Below, piece after piece: positions 48,443 to 58,601 of a stretch of 64,000 nucleotides of DNA (position 1 is the stretch's first letter; each line of letters begins with the position of its first letter). The stretch lies in IMG/VR virus record IMGVR_UViG_3300042477_000769; one strand, written 5' to 3'. This DNA comes from a virus. Lineage: Duplodnaviria; Caudoviricetes. The notes below the pieces were generated by a model. The model saw only the letters and a list, made by a program, of their open reading frames with translations, made no database searches and was not told where the DNA came from. The translations under genes were made by a program, and so were the position numbers.

Positions 48443-49552
48443 ATGAGTCAACGGTCCTCTTTAATGGCTTGGACTCAAGCCGCTCTCGCTAAACATCATA
48501 ATTACTATGATTATTCTGCGGCAGTGTACCGTGGCAGTGATAGTAAAATTACTATTATTTGTCCGATTCATGGTAAATTTGAACAAACTGCCGGATCACA
48601 TTTAAAAGGTCATGGTTGTTCAGTCTGCTCGTATCAACAACGAGGCCGGCAAAAATCTTTGACCTTATCTCAATTTGTAGAAAAATCTCAATTAATCCAT
48701 GGAGTTACTTATGATTATTCATTAGTAACATTTGTTAATATTTTAACAAAAGTTAAGATAATTTGTTCTATTCACGGAGAATTTGAAATTCTACCCAAAT
48801 TCCATTTAGCCGGCCATGGATGTCAGCAATGCGGAAAAATAAATAAATCTAATAAACTGCGAGCTTCTACTCAAGATTTTATTGAAAAAAGTGAGAAAAT
48901 ACATGATCATAAATATGATTATCATCAAGTAAATTATATAACTTCTAAGCATAAAGTAACTATTACTTGTCCACTTCACGGTAATTTTAATCAAGTAGCT
49001 GGAGATCATTTAGCTGGTTATGGTTGCCCGAAATGTTCCAAATTATACCGTCCGACTACTGCAGAATTTATTGCCAGCGCACAATTAATTCATCAATTCA
49101 AATATGATTATAGTTTAGTCAATTATCAATCCAGTAAAATTAAAATTCCCATTATTTGTTCCGTCCATGGGACTTTTTGGCAAACACCTCATGCTCATAT
49201 TATTGGCAAATGTGGATGCCCTAATTGTAGTAATTGGAGTTCTAAAAAAGAACAAGCTTGGATTCAATCCTTAAATAATCCGAATCTTAAACTTCAACAA
49301 ACTATCAAAATTAATAATCGAATCTTTAAGGTGGATGGGTTTGATCCTGCTACTAATACTATTTACGAATTTTACGGAGATTTTTGGCACGGCAATCCTC
49401 AAGTCTATTCAGCTGAAGCGGTAAATTCCATTAATAAAAAGAAATTTGGAGAGCTGTATTTAGCTACGTTGGAGAAAGAAAATATATTGAAAAATCATTA
49501 CCATTTAGTCCATATTTGGGAATATGATTGGGATTTGTTAACAAAAACCTGA
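48443..49552 (+). CDS. homing-endonuclease-like protein: four YDYS..CP.HG.F...H..G.GC repeats plus C-terminal PD-(D/E)XK/Vsr-like domain
   Basis: KVDGFDP...IYEFYGDFWHGNP. Confidence 0.8.
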   Translation: MSQRSSLMAWTQAALAKHHNYYDYSAAVYRGSDSKITIICPIHGKFEQTAGSHLKGHGCSVCSYQQRGRQKSLTLSQFVEKSQLIHGVTYDYSLVTFVNILTKVKIICSIHGEFEILPKFHLAGHGCQQCGKINKSNKLRASTQDFIEKSEKIHDHKYDYHQVNYITSKHKVTITCPLHGNFNQVAGDHLAGYGCPKCSKLYRPTTAEFIASAQLIHQFKYDYSLVNYQSSKIKIPIICSVHGTFWQTPHAHIIGKCGCPNCSNWSSKKEQAWIQSLNNPNLKLQQTIKINNRIFKVDGFDPATNTIYEFYGDFWHGNPQVYSAEAVNSINKKKFGELYLATLEKENILKNHYHLVHIWEYDWDLLTKT

Positions 49553-49593
49553 ATAATTTAACATATTAAAAGATAATCAATTGAGGTACATAA

Positions 49594-50487
49594 ATGTTAA
49601 AATCTATCGCTCAAGAATTAGTAATTGTTGATCCTCCTTCGCAGGAACCGCCGTTAATGTTAGAAATGAGCGATTCCTCACCAGAAGATGGTCTGGATCC
49701 GGTAGAAGTATATGATAATTCTATAACTAATCTTCATATTGTCATGGAATTACCTGGAGCCCCACCTGGCACTCAAGACCCTGAACCAGTCTTAGAGGTC
49801 TCGGAAGAAGAACCAGAAGAAAAACTATCTGAGAAAGAATCAGATGAAAATGATGCTAAAGCAGCTAAAAATGAAAAATGGAACTGGGCTAAACATGGGC
49901 CTACGGGATTTATTGCTTGGGTCAAGGAGCGATGTGATGATGTGCCGAAACATTCGGGTTATGATTCGGCCGGTTTAGAGCGCGCTATTGCCTACCTAGA
50001 GCGGCTCGATAGCGAAGTCTCCAAAGCCATGCGCCTCGACATTGATGGAGAATTAGACGCCAATCAAGTAGAAAAAGTGAGAGCGGTCATTGATAACGGG
50101 ACAGAGCGCTTATTAGATCGTTTAGATAAAGTAAAAAAGAATAAGAAAAAGAGTCGTAAAAAGAAAGCCGATGTCACGGATAGTTTGGTGAAAGAGGCTC
50201 AAAAAATTACTGGAGTGCAAGGCGTATTTGTGACGGTACCCTTGCTAATTTCTAGAATAGCTAGAGTATGTATTAATGGTATGGTCTCTGGTGGCCATGA
50301 TATTGAAGATTTATATGAGCGACAAGTTAAGTTCTATAAATTAAATGATCGTGAACAAGCAGAAGTAATGCAACTATTATCTGATATGGGTTATGCTTTA
50401 AAGCAAGACCGTGGATTTATGCCAGAAGATGATTTACATATTGACGATAGTAGCAATATGGATTTTGCCGCTAACTATAAGGGTTAA
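49594..50487 (+). CDS. hypothetical acidic protein, putative head protein
   Basis: 297-aa ORF. Confidence 0.7.
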   Translation: MLKSIAQELVIVDPPSQEPPLMLEMSDSSPEDGLDPVEVYDNSITNLHIVMELPGAPPGTQDPEPVLEVSEEEPEEKLSEKESDENDAKAAKNEKWNWAKHGPTGFIAWVKERCDDVPKHSGYDSAGLERAIAYLERLDSEVSKAMRLDIDGELDANQVEKVRAVIDNGTERLLDRLDKVKKNKKKSRKKKADVTDSLVKEAQKITGVQGVFVTVPLLISRIARVCINGMVSGGHDIEDLYERQVKFYKLNDREQAEVMQLLSDMGYALKQDRGFMPEDDLHIDDSSNMDFAANYKG

Positions 50488-50489
50488 TT

Positions 50490-51437
50490 ATGCCTCGCTA
50501 TACTCGACACCAATCTATCATTTCCCGCCATTCGGATGAATCAATTTCAGATGAGATGTGGTTACATAAAGTAAAGAATAATTTACAAAAGGGAGCGGTA
50601 CAACCTCGAAGCCAAGATTCCCTATTTGATCAAATTAATTCTATTATGAATGGAAATGCTAAGTCAAAATATTCTTCAGTCGAAGCGGCAGTAGAAGATA
50701 TGAAGGCTCGAAGTGGATTAACTGAGTATTTAAAGAAATCTAGCGATCACAGCAAAATCAAACAAGCCTCGGCTGAAATGGACCAATTACATAGTCAGAT
50801 CAAATCAGCTGCTGCTTCGGAAGATTGGTATCAAGTTGGTTATTTAATGGGTAAATTAGATAGTCATCAAGGACAAGTATTAACGGCCGTTGAATCGTTA
50901 AAAAACATTAAAAAGTTTGAAGACCCAGAATTGAATAAGATTCAACCTCCGATGAATAAATGGTTAGCTTATACTATGGGATATAGTACGGGGACTAATA
51001 AAAACGAAGAAGAGTTTAAGACTGACATGAAGCATACCATGTCAGTTATTAACCGTATTAATTTAAAGAAAAAAGCTTTAGATAATAATGCGGTGATGGA
51101 TAAGAATACTGATGATACACCAATAGTAATTAAAAAGTATCCGACGATCATGAATACTATTCAAAATTATATTCGTGATACCAAGGGAAATTTACCTGTA
51201 CCGGCTATTTTAGATAAAATTAGATCTATTCATCAAGCTGATTGTTCCGATGGTGCCGATTGGGAAGATGAGAAATTAATTAGATTAGTGAGTCGTCTTA
51301 ATTTAGAAGCTAAGAAGAGTAATCCTGATAATTATATGAATTATACTAATTTGGGCTCTCATGATAATAGTTCTAATTCAGAGATTGATCCGGCTAATAC
51401 TGATGCATTTTTTGGATTAAATCCCGCCAAAATGTAA
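50490..51437 (+). CDS. hypothetical protein, putative head protein
   Basis: 315-aa ORF. Confidence 0.7.
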   Translation: MPRYTRHQSIISRHSDESISDEMWLHKVKNNLQKGAVQPRSQDSLFDQINSIMNGNAKSKYSSVEAAVEDMKARSGLTEYLKKSSDHSKIKQASAEMDQLHSQIKSAAASEDWYQVGYLMGKLDSHQGQVLTAVESLKNIKKFEDPELNKIQPPMNKWLAYTMGYSTGTNKNEEEFKTDMKHTMSVINRINLKKKALDNNAVMDKNTDDTPIVIKKYPTIMNTIQNYIRDTKGNLPVPAILDKIRSIHQADCSDGADWEDEKLIRLVSRLNLEAKKSNPDNYMNYTNLGSHDNSSNSEIDPANTDAFFGLNPAKM

Positions 51438-51438
51438 C

Positions 51439-52152
51439 ATGGGCAAGCCAAAATCCAACACGGCAGAATTTATTGCTAAAAGCAATAAAAAACATCGTCA
51501 TTTTTATGATTATCAACAAGTGGATTATATTACTCAACATATTCCAGTCGTTATCAAGTGTCCTATTCACGGATTTTTTACTCAAAAACCAAAAGCACAT
51601 TTACGGTATGGATGTAATAAGTGTGCCCAAGAAGTAAGATTAAAATCAATTCGAAAAACTAGTGAAGAGATATTATCTCAGTGTTTCTTAGTGCATCAAG
51701 ATCGATATGATTATTCTAAGATGCAATTTCTTTCGACTCGCCAAAAAGTAGAAATAATTTGCAAAATCCATGGGCCGTTTTGGCAGACGATGCATGATCA
51801 TTTGGCCGGCAAAGGCTGTGCTAAATGCATTAATAAAGTATCCAAAAACGAAACTCGATGGTTAGATTTAATGAGCATCGACCCAAAATTTAGAAATTAT
51901 AAAATTAACTTAAGCAAGTCATATTATGTCGATGGATATGATCCAATGACTAAAACTATTTACGAGTTCAATGGTGATTATTGGCATGGTAATCCTAGTA
52001 AATTTTGTCCGGATAAAATTAATAATCATACTAAATGTAGTTTTGGTCAATTATATCAACAAACTTTAGCTAAAGAAGTAGAGTTTAAAAAACATGGCTA
52101 TAAAGTTATATCTATTTGGGAAGTTGATTTTGTGAATATTTATGGCCGATGA
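51439..52152 (+). CDS. homing-endonuclease-like protein, paralog of 48443-49552 (two zinc repeats)
   Basis: YVDGYDP...IYEFNGDYWHGNP. Confidence 0.8.
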   Translation: MGKPKSNTAEFIAKSNKKHRHFYDYQQVDYITQHIPVVIKCPIHGFFTQKPKAHLRYGCNKCAQEVRLKSIRKTSEEILSQCFLVHQDRYDYSKMQFLSTRQKVEIICKIHGPFWQTMHDHLAGKGCAKCINKVSKNETRWLDLMSIDPKFRNYKINLSKSYYVDGYDPMTKTIYEFNGDYWHGNPSKFCPDKINNHTKCSFGQLYQQTLAKEVEFKKHGYKVISIWEVDFVNIYGR

Positions 52153-54472
52153 TAGTTTATTTTTAAAATTAAAGAATCAATTGATGATGTTAGATCCGGT
52201 AGTCTTTGTGGAATCTAACCTGACATTAGATGGCAAGCCTTTTAGATTGCGAGGGAATGGATATCGACCCTTTGCGGAGATTTATCGGTATATTGGGATT
52301 AAGGCGTTGGAGCCAAATTCGAAGCCGATCATTATCGTGAAAGGTAGACAAGTGGGCGCCACCACCATGGCCTCCGCCCTAGAAATGTACTTCATGGGCT
52401 CCGGCATTTTTGGCACCGGCAGCAAGCCTCCGGTTCGAATTATTCATGCCTTTCCCCAATTAGAATTAGCGGCAGCCTACTCTAAAACCAAATTAAATCA
52501 AATTATTTCTTCTTCGGTCCCATTACCATCAGATCCCAATAATAAGTCATTAAAGCCCAAAGCTTATATGCAATCGTTATTGGATCAATCTACTTCCACT
52601 AATGATTCGTTACATTTTAAGCAATTTGTAGGTGGTAATCATTTATGGATTGAGTCTGTGGGTTTAGATGGTGATAGAGTAATGGGACGCAGTGCGGATA
52701 TTATCTTCTTTGATGAATGTTTTCCGTATAATCAAAAAATAGCAACTAATCAAGGTAAAAAATCTATTGGTCAATTATATGATTTATTTACCAATAATCA
52801 AAATGTTCCATTAGTTTTAACTTTTAATTTAGAAAATGAAAATTTTGAATACAAAAAAATTGTTAATGTCTTTAATCGTGGAGATAAAAAATTAGTTAAT
52901 ATTAAATTAAGTGGAAGAAAAATTTCATGTACTGATAATCATCGGTTTCTGACTGAATTTGGCTGGAAAGAAATAAAAGATATTCCTATTGGAACATTAA
53001 TTAAAAGCTACGATGATACTTATAAAAAAGTTAGTTGGTTAGTTTTAGATAGCATTGAATATTCGAATGAGACAAAAACAGTCTATGATATTGAAGTAGA
53101 AGATAATCATAATTTTATTTTGGCGCCAAATAAAAATGGAAAGCATCAAGGTGGTCCGATAGTTCATAATTGCCAGAAAACTACTAGTATTGCCATTGGA
53201 AATTCTCTTAAAACTTTAACAACAGCCAAATATGGTAAACCGTCTAAAGGAGTTCAAGTTTATTTTGGAACTCCTAGAAGAAAAGGCTCTGATTTCCATA
53301 AAATGTGGCAAACTTCTTCTCAACAATATTATTATTTAGGATGTGGAAAATGTAAAGAATATTTTCCTCTATATACTCCTGGATCAGATGATTGGAAGAA
53401 TATTTGGATTTATGGATTTATGGTTAAATGCCCACATTGTGGTCATGAGCAAAATAAATTAGAAGCGGCAGAAAGAGGTAAATGGACTGCCTTACGAGAC
53501 CCAGATGATCCGGATTGCAAAATGGTTGGGTTCCATATCAATCAATTATACATGCCTATGTTTAGTCGAGAAGATATGGATAATGAAATGCCGGGGAATC
53601 ATCCTATTAATACTGAACGTGTCTTCATGAACGAAGTTATGGGAGAATTCTTTCAAGGAGATTCTAGTCCCATTACTCCAGAAGAAATTAAAGAGAAATG
53701 TGGAGATGACCGTAAATTTAGTGCTCGTATTGCTCCTTCTCGAAATGGTACCGATCAACAAATCGTAGTCTTAGGTATCGATTATGGTGCTAGAGCAGAC
53801 GTAGAACAATTAGCCGATATTGAAAATTCTAAATCTAAAGGTCAATCCTATAGTACAGCAGTGGTGTTATCGGCTAAAGGCCCAGGATTATTACATATTG
53901 AATTTGCCACTAAATTTAAAAGAAACGATCCGGAAAGCAAAAAGGGTCTGATTGAACAAATTATTAGACAATATGGTGTGAATTTAGCGATTGGTGATAT
54001 TGGATATTCTAATGATTTTTCTCAAACGTTACATCAAATTTATGGGGACAAATATATTGTCTCTCGTGCTCATCCAAAAGTCAATAATCATATCAAATAT
54101 AGTATAGATGCTTTTCCCAAAGAATTAGTCTTTGAAAGAGATTATTATATTGGAGAATTATATGAACAATTAAAGAATGGGATGATTAAGTTTCCTTTTG
54201 GAGACTATGAAAAAATTGCTTGGTTAATTGATCATTGTTGTAGTATGGAAATTAAGCCCTCTATTTCTCGAATGGGGGCGGATCCTCAAATCCATTATGT
54301 CAAGGGCGGAACTCCCAATGACGGATTTATGGCCTTATTGAATGCCTATTTGGCATATAAATTTATCATTACTAAGGGATTTACTAATAATAATCCTATT
54401 TTGCAAAAATCTAATTTTTCTAATATGAATAAGCCATTAGTAACTGGTGGTTATATTTCTCGTAAATTCTGA
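52142..54472 (+). CDS. terL: terminase large subunit with a mini-intein
   Basis: Walker A KGRQVGATT, Walker B IFFDE|CQ, FGTP coupling motif, CGKC/CPHC insert, nuclease LGIDYG. Confidence 0.88.
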   Translation: MADDSLFLKLKNQLMMLDPVVFVESNLTLDGKPFRLRGNGYRPFAEIYRYIGIKALEPNSKPIIIVKGRQVGATTMASALEMYFMGSGIFGTGSKPPVRIIHAFPQLELAAAYSKTKLNQIISSSVPLPSDPNNKSLKPKAYMQSLLDQSTSTNDSLHFKQFVGGNHLWIESVGLDGDRVMGRSADIIFFDECFPYNQKIATNQGKKSIGQLYDLFTNNQNVPLVLTFNLENENFEYKKIVNVFNRGDKKLVNIKLSGRKISCTDNHRFLTEFGWKEIKDIPIGTLIKSYDDTYKKVSWLVLDSIEYSNETKTVYDIEVEDNHNFILAPNKNGKHQGGPIVHNCQKTTSIAIGNSLKTLTTAKYGKPSKGVQVYFGTPRRKGSDFHKMWQTSSQQYYYLGCGKCKEYFPLYTPGSDDWKNIWIYGFMVKCPHCGHEQNKLEAAERGKWTALRDPDDPDCKMVGFHINQLYMPMFSREDMDNEMPGNHPINTERVFMNEVMGEFFQGDSSPITPEEIKEKCGDDRKFSARIAPSRNGTDQQIVVLGIDYGARADVEQLADIENSKSKGQSYSTAVVLSAKGPGLLHIEFATKFKRNDPESKKGLIEQIIRQYGVNLAIGDIGYSNDFSQTLHQIYGDKYIVSRAHPKVNNHIKYSIDAFPKELVFERDYYIGELYEQLKNGMIKFPFGDYEKIAWLIDHCCSMEIKPSISRMGADPQIHYVKGGTPNDGFMALLNAYLAYKFIITKGFTNNNPILQKSNFSNMNKPLVTGGYISRKF
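52718..53170 (+). other. mini-intein (151 aa, no endonuclease) at Walker B DE|C
   Basis: CFPYNQKI, CTDNHRF, VYDIEVEDNHNF, IVHN then Cys+1. Confidence 0.93.
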
Positions 54473-54527
54473 TTATTGCTAAGAATTGATATATATCATA
54501 TTGTTGCATAGTATAAAATGAGGATAC

Positions 54528-57500
54528 ATGGCTAAAAATAAATTAACACGTTGGGATGGCCCTTCTAAATCGGAGCAATATTTAGCATCTCGATCTGATG
54601 TACCGCAAGTTAGCGCTTTGATGGCAAAATCAGTGTCACAGTTTAGACGAGATGGAATCTCAAATGAAGTCAATCAAGGATTTTTTCGTGATGGTTCGGG
54701 CCCGTCAGCCTCAGAAGATGGTAGTACGGTTAATGGAAGGGTAGTATCTTCAGTTGGTCAAAATAAATTTGCTCAAGTAGTTAGCTCTTCTGGAGGAAAC
54801 TATCGTGGTGGTAACGGAGATACTGTTAAACAATCTCCAGAAGTTTATTCTCCATTATGGTTGAATTCTAATTTAAACTTACCACGAGATAGAGCCACTA
54901 TTAATGCTTGGTGTCGCAGCTTTTATGCACTAAATCCCTTTGTCCATAATGCTATTAATTTGCATAGCACTTATCCTATTAGTAAATTAAATATTACTTG
55001 TCCCAATAAAGAAATTGAAAGATTCTTCAATGATATGATTGAAGAAATTGATTTAATGAATGTCTGCGTTCAAATTGCCCAAGAATATTGGTTATTGGGA
55101 GAGTCTTTCGTCTATTCAGAATTAGATGAAAGTCGTGGCAAATGGAGCCGGTTATTAATTCAAAATCCAGATTATATGATTGTCAAACGTACTGTAGTGG
55201 CGAATGAGCCCATCATTATGTTACGCCCGGATGAAAATTTAAAGAAAATTATCTTTTCTAATCGACCTACTGATATTGAGCAAAGAAAACAATTAAATAG
55301 TCACATTATTAATTCCGTTAAACGTGGCGAGAATATTCCTTTAGATAATTTTCATGTCTCTCATTTGGCGAGAAGAATTAGTCCGTATGAAATCCGAGGG
55401 ACGGGGTTGCCGGTGTGTATTTTCCGGCAGCTGATGTTGTTTGATAAGTTACGCGAGTGCTACTCCGCTGACACCGAAGTTCTCACCAATCAAGGTTTTA
55501 AAAAAATCACCGACCTTTTACAAGTCAATAATACAGTCAATCATAAACTAGCTCGTATTAAACTAGCCTTAGTAGATGATAATAACCAAGTTAATTATGA
55601 TTATCCTGAAAATTTATCTATTGAGCAATATTCTGGTCAAATATTTTCGGTGACTGGTAAAAAAGTAGATTTAGCAGTTTTACCAACTAGTTGGTTAGAT
55701 GTAGCTAAAACTGATAATAACTTTCAAAAGGTGATGGCCTCTTCTTTATTAGAAAAGAAATCCTATTATCAATTTAATTCTCAAGTCCAATTTAATAATA
55801 CTGACCATCCGGCCACCGTGGTAGTCAATGGCAAGCATATTCCAACCGAATTATACTTAAAAGTATTAGGCTATTTGGTCTCCGAAGGATGCATTTATGC
55901 TAATGATCAAAATAATAGACATGATGCGTCTATCTCGGTCAGTCAATTAACTTCTAGTGATTGTTATCAAGAGATGAGAGAGTCTTTTGATGTATTTGCC
56001 CAATTATTAAATAAAAAGGCTAATCATACTGTTAAAGTAATTGGTTCTGGATATTCTGCTCATACTCCCAAAGAAAAATGGCAAGTAGTGATTCATGGCA
56101 AAGATCTCGTTGACCATTTTAAAAAAGAAATTGGTACTAATCAAAATACCTTATCGGCTCATAAATGTTTGCCTCGATGGGTATTAAATTTAACTCCCGA
56201 ATTAATGAATACATTATTGCAGGCATTAGTTAAAGGAGATGGCTCAGAACGAGTAGCAAATAAGTCGACTAGTTTTAAATATTCTACCATTTCTAAGCAA
56301 TTAGCTGATGATGTATATGAATTAGTATTTAAATTAGGGTTTGCGCCGAATCTGTGTATTTCTACTGCGACTAAAACCAATAACAAATCAGTGACAGAAT
56401 ATATTGTCATGTGGTCGACTACTGAGTATGGCAATCATCCATATGTCTGTTCTTTTGATCACAAGAATAAATTTGGTGGTGCGACTATTGCTCTTAATGA
56501 GTATACTGGTAAATTATGGAATATTGCGACCAATAAAAAAGTTATTTCTAGAAGAAATGGTAAAATCACAGTCCAATATGCTAATTCTTATGATGAGCAC
56601 ACTGAAATTTTAACAGAAGAAGGCTTTAAATATTTACACCAATTAGAGAAAGATAATTACATTAATGGCATCATTGTCAATGAGGATCAATCATTATCGT
56701 TATTAACTTTGAAAGATGATATTAAAATTGCTTGTGTTAATCCTAAGACTCAAGCCATGGAATATCATACGCCTATTGAAATGCATATGTCTCACTATGA
56801 TGGAGATATGATTCATTTTCAAGGTAAAAAAGTAGATTGCTTAGTTACTCCCAATCACAAAATGTGGGTCAATCCAATTATTAACAATCAAGAAATGGGA
56901 TATGCTAAAATTCCAGCTCGAGAATTATCCGTTGGACATTCTTATAAATTTAATAATGTTATTGATTGGGCCGGTAATAATGTAGAGTCGGTAACAGTCA
57001 TTGATAAACAAGTTCCGATTGAGGTATATTTAAAATTTATTGGCAATGTGATTAGTGAGGGTTGTGTTGATAGTAGTTTGAATAAAAAAACCAATCAACA
57101 TAGAAATAGGGTGGTAGTTACTCAATTAACGCAATCTTTATATTATCGCAATATGAGAGAGAATATTGAAAATTTTGCTCAGATTTTCGATAAAAAAGTA
57201 TCTACCTCCATTAAAGTTAAAGGCGGAGGCTTCTCGGCTCATTGTCCCAAAGAACAATGGAGCGGAACTATTTATTATAATTTGCTCAATAAGTACTTAA
57301 TTGAGACTATTGGGATCGATGGTAAGTGTGATTCTAAAAACAAACGAATTCCTAGATTTGTTTTAGATTTATCTCCAGATAAATTGCAAATTATTTTAGA
57401 CGCTTTATTGGATGGTGATGGTTCTAGAAAGAAATTAAATAACTCGCAATCGTCTTATAAGTATTCTACTGCCTCTAAACAATTAGCAGATGATGTTTAT

Positions 57501-58601
57501 GAGTTAGTTTATAAATTAGGATATGTGCCTATTTTACAAGCTTTCAAGAGAAAGACTTGTACTGAATATGTAATTCGATGGTCTGATACTAATAAAGGGT
57601 TAACACCTAAAATTAATGGTAGCGGTAAAAATCAAAAAGGCGCTTCTTTTAACAAAGTAAATTATCATGGTTTGGTGTGGTGTTTTGAGGTACCGACGGG
57701 ATTGTTTGTGACGAGAAGAAATGGGAAGGTGACGGTGCAGGGGAATTCGAAGTACGCCCAGGCGGATAATATGGTAAACCCCCTCACCCTGGTCAAAATC
57801 GGCACCGACGCTGCCGACGGCCTTCACCCCACCTTTGCCGACCTAGAAGCCTGGCGCAATGTCTTTGAGCAAGCTCAATATGATAAGGATTTTAAGATTT
57901 TTACTCATTCTGGCGTAGCGGTAGAACGAGTGGGTTATGGTCAAGGCATTTATGACATTTCTGGAGATATTACCCAAATTATTAAAGAGATTTATGTTGG
58001 GTTACAAGTACCGCCGGTATTAATGGATGGTGGCGCGGATACCACTTATGCTAATGGTAGTGTGGCCTTGGATGTATTAAAGCAACGCTATATGCAATTC
58101 CGAAACATGCTATCTACTTGGTTAAAGAGAAAAATCTTCGCTCCTATTTCTAAGATCCAGGGATTTTATGATTATTCTCATGGAGAAAAGCAATTAATTG
58201 TGCCCGAAGTAGATTGGAATCATATGGCATTATTTGATGCTGGTGATTATATTAATACTTTGTTAACCTTAACGCAAGGCGAAGGAGACGCTAAACGTGC
58301 GTCATTGCATACGCTGTATCGTTCTTTGGGTCTAGAGTTTGAAGATGAAATTAGAAAGATGAGAAAAGAATCGATTCAAAGTGCGATCGCTGTAAAAGAG
58401 AAAGAGTCTTTAGCGGCTATGGATTTGAATGCCTTACGAGCCTTGGATGAAGAGGATGAAATTCCAGAAATAGAAAAAGATCCTAATGAGGCTGGTGGTA
58501 GTGAGGGAGCTTTACCAGGACAAGATGCTGGTGGAGGACTTCCTGGATTAGAGAAGGGTTCGGGAGAAGAACCTCCAGTCCCACCTCCACCTGGAGCGTA
58601 A
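54528..58601 (+). CDS. portal protein interrupted by two tandem inteins (mature about 594 aa)
   Basis: Directly after terL; F...NPFVHNAINL, IAQEYWLLGE, HLARRISPYEIRGT, IYVGLQVP, acidic Pro/Gly tail typical of myovirus portals. Confidence 0.8.
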   Translation: MAKNKLTRWDGPSKSEQYLASRSDVPQVSALMAKSVSQFRRDGISNEVNQGFFRDGSGPSASEDGSTVNGRVVSSVGQNKFAQVVSSSGGNYRGGNGDTVKQSPEVYSPLWLNSNLNLPRDRATINAWCRSFYALNPFVHNAINLHSTYPISKLNITCPNKEIERFFNDMIEEIDLMNVCVQIAQEYWLLGESFVYSELDESRGKWSRLLIQNPDYMIVKRTVVANEPIIMLRPDENLKKIIFSNRPTDIEQRKQLNSHIINSVKRGENIPLDNFHVSHLARRISPYEIRGTGLPVCIFRQLMLFDKLRECYSADTEVLTNQGFKKITDLLQVNNTVNHKLARIKLALVDDNNQVNYDYPENLSIEQYSGQIFSVTGKKVDLAVLPTSWLDVAKTDNNFQKVMASSLLEKKSYYQFNSQVQFNNTDHPATVVVNGKHIPTELYLKVLGYLVSEGCIYANDQNNRHDASISVSQLTSSDCYQEMRESFDVFAQLLNKKANHTVKVIGSGYSAHTPKEKWQVVIHGKDLVDHFKKEIGTNQNTLSAHKCLPRWVLNLTPELMNTLLQALVKGDGSERVANKSTSFKYSTISKQLADDVYELVFKLGFAPNLCISTATKTNNKSVTEYIVMWSTTEYGNHPYVCSFDHKNKFGGATIALNEYTGKLWNIATNKKVISRRNGKITVQYANSYDEHTEILTEEGFKYLHQLEKDNYINGIIVNEDQSLSLLTLKDDIKIACVNPKTQAMEYHTPIEMHMSHYDGDMIHFQGKKVDCLVTPNHKMWVNPIINNQEMGYAKIPARELSVGHSYKFNNVIDWAGNNVESVTVIDKQVPIEVYLKFIGNVISEGCVDSSLNKKTNQHRNRVVVTQLTQSLYYRNMRENIENFAQIFDKKVSTSIKVKGGGFSAHCPKEQWSGTIYYNLLNKYLIETIGIDGKCDSKNKRIPRFVLDLSPDKLQIILDALLDGDGSRKKLNNSQSSYKYSTASKQLADDVYELVYKLGYVPILQAFKRKTCTEYVIRWSDTNKGLTPKINGSGKNQKGASFNKVNYHGLVWCFEVPTGLFVTRRNGKVTVQGNSKYAQADNMVNPLTLVKIGTDAADGLHPTFADLEAWRNVFEQAQYDKDFKIFTHSGVAVERVGYGQGIYDISGDITQIIKEIYVGLQVPPVLMDGGADTTYANGSVALDVLKQRYMQFRNMLSTWLKRKIFAPISKIQGFYDYSHGEKQLIVPEVDWNHMALFDAGDYINTLLTLTQGEGDAKRASLHTLYRSLGLEFEDEIRKMRKESIQSAIAVKEKESLAAMDLNALRALDEEDEIPEIEKDPNEAGGSEGALPGQDAGGGLPGLEKGSGEEPPVPPPPGA
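55458..56585 (+). other. portal intein A (376 aa, LAGLIDADG), Cys1, degenerate block B
   Basis: CYSADTEVLT; VLGYLVSEG and LQALVKGDG; ends SRRNGKITVQYAN. Confidence 0.85.
56586..57746 (+). other. portal intein B (387 aa, LAGLIDADG), Ser1
   Basis: SYDEHTEILT; LVTPNHKMWV; FIGNVISEG and LDALLDGDG; VWCFEVPTGLFVTRRNGKVTVQGN then Ser+1. Confidence 0.9.

Noticed and set aside
52425-52445. tRNA T-loop-like GGTTCGAAT
   Set aside because: Inside the terminase ORF with no cloverleaf; no tRNA gene was recognised in the window
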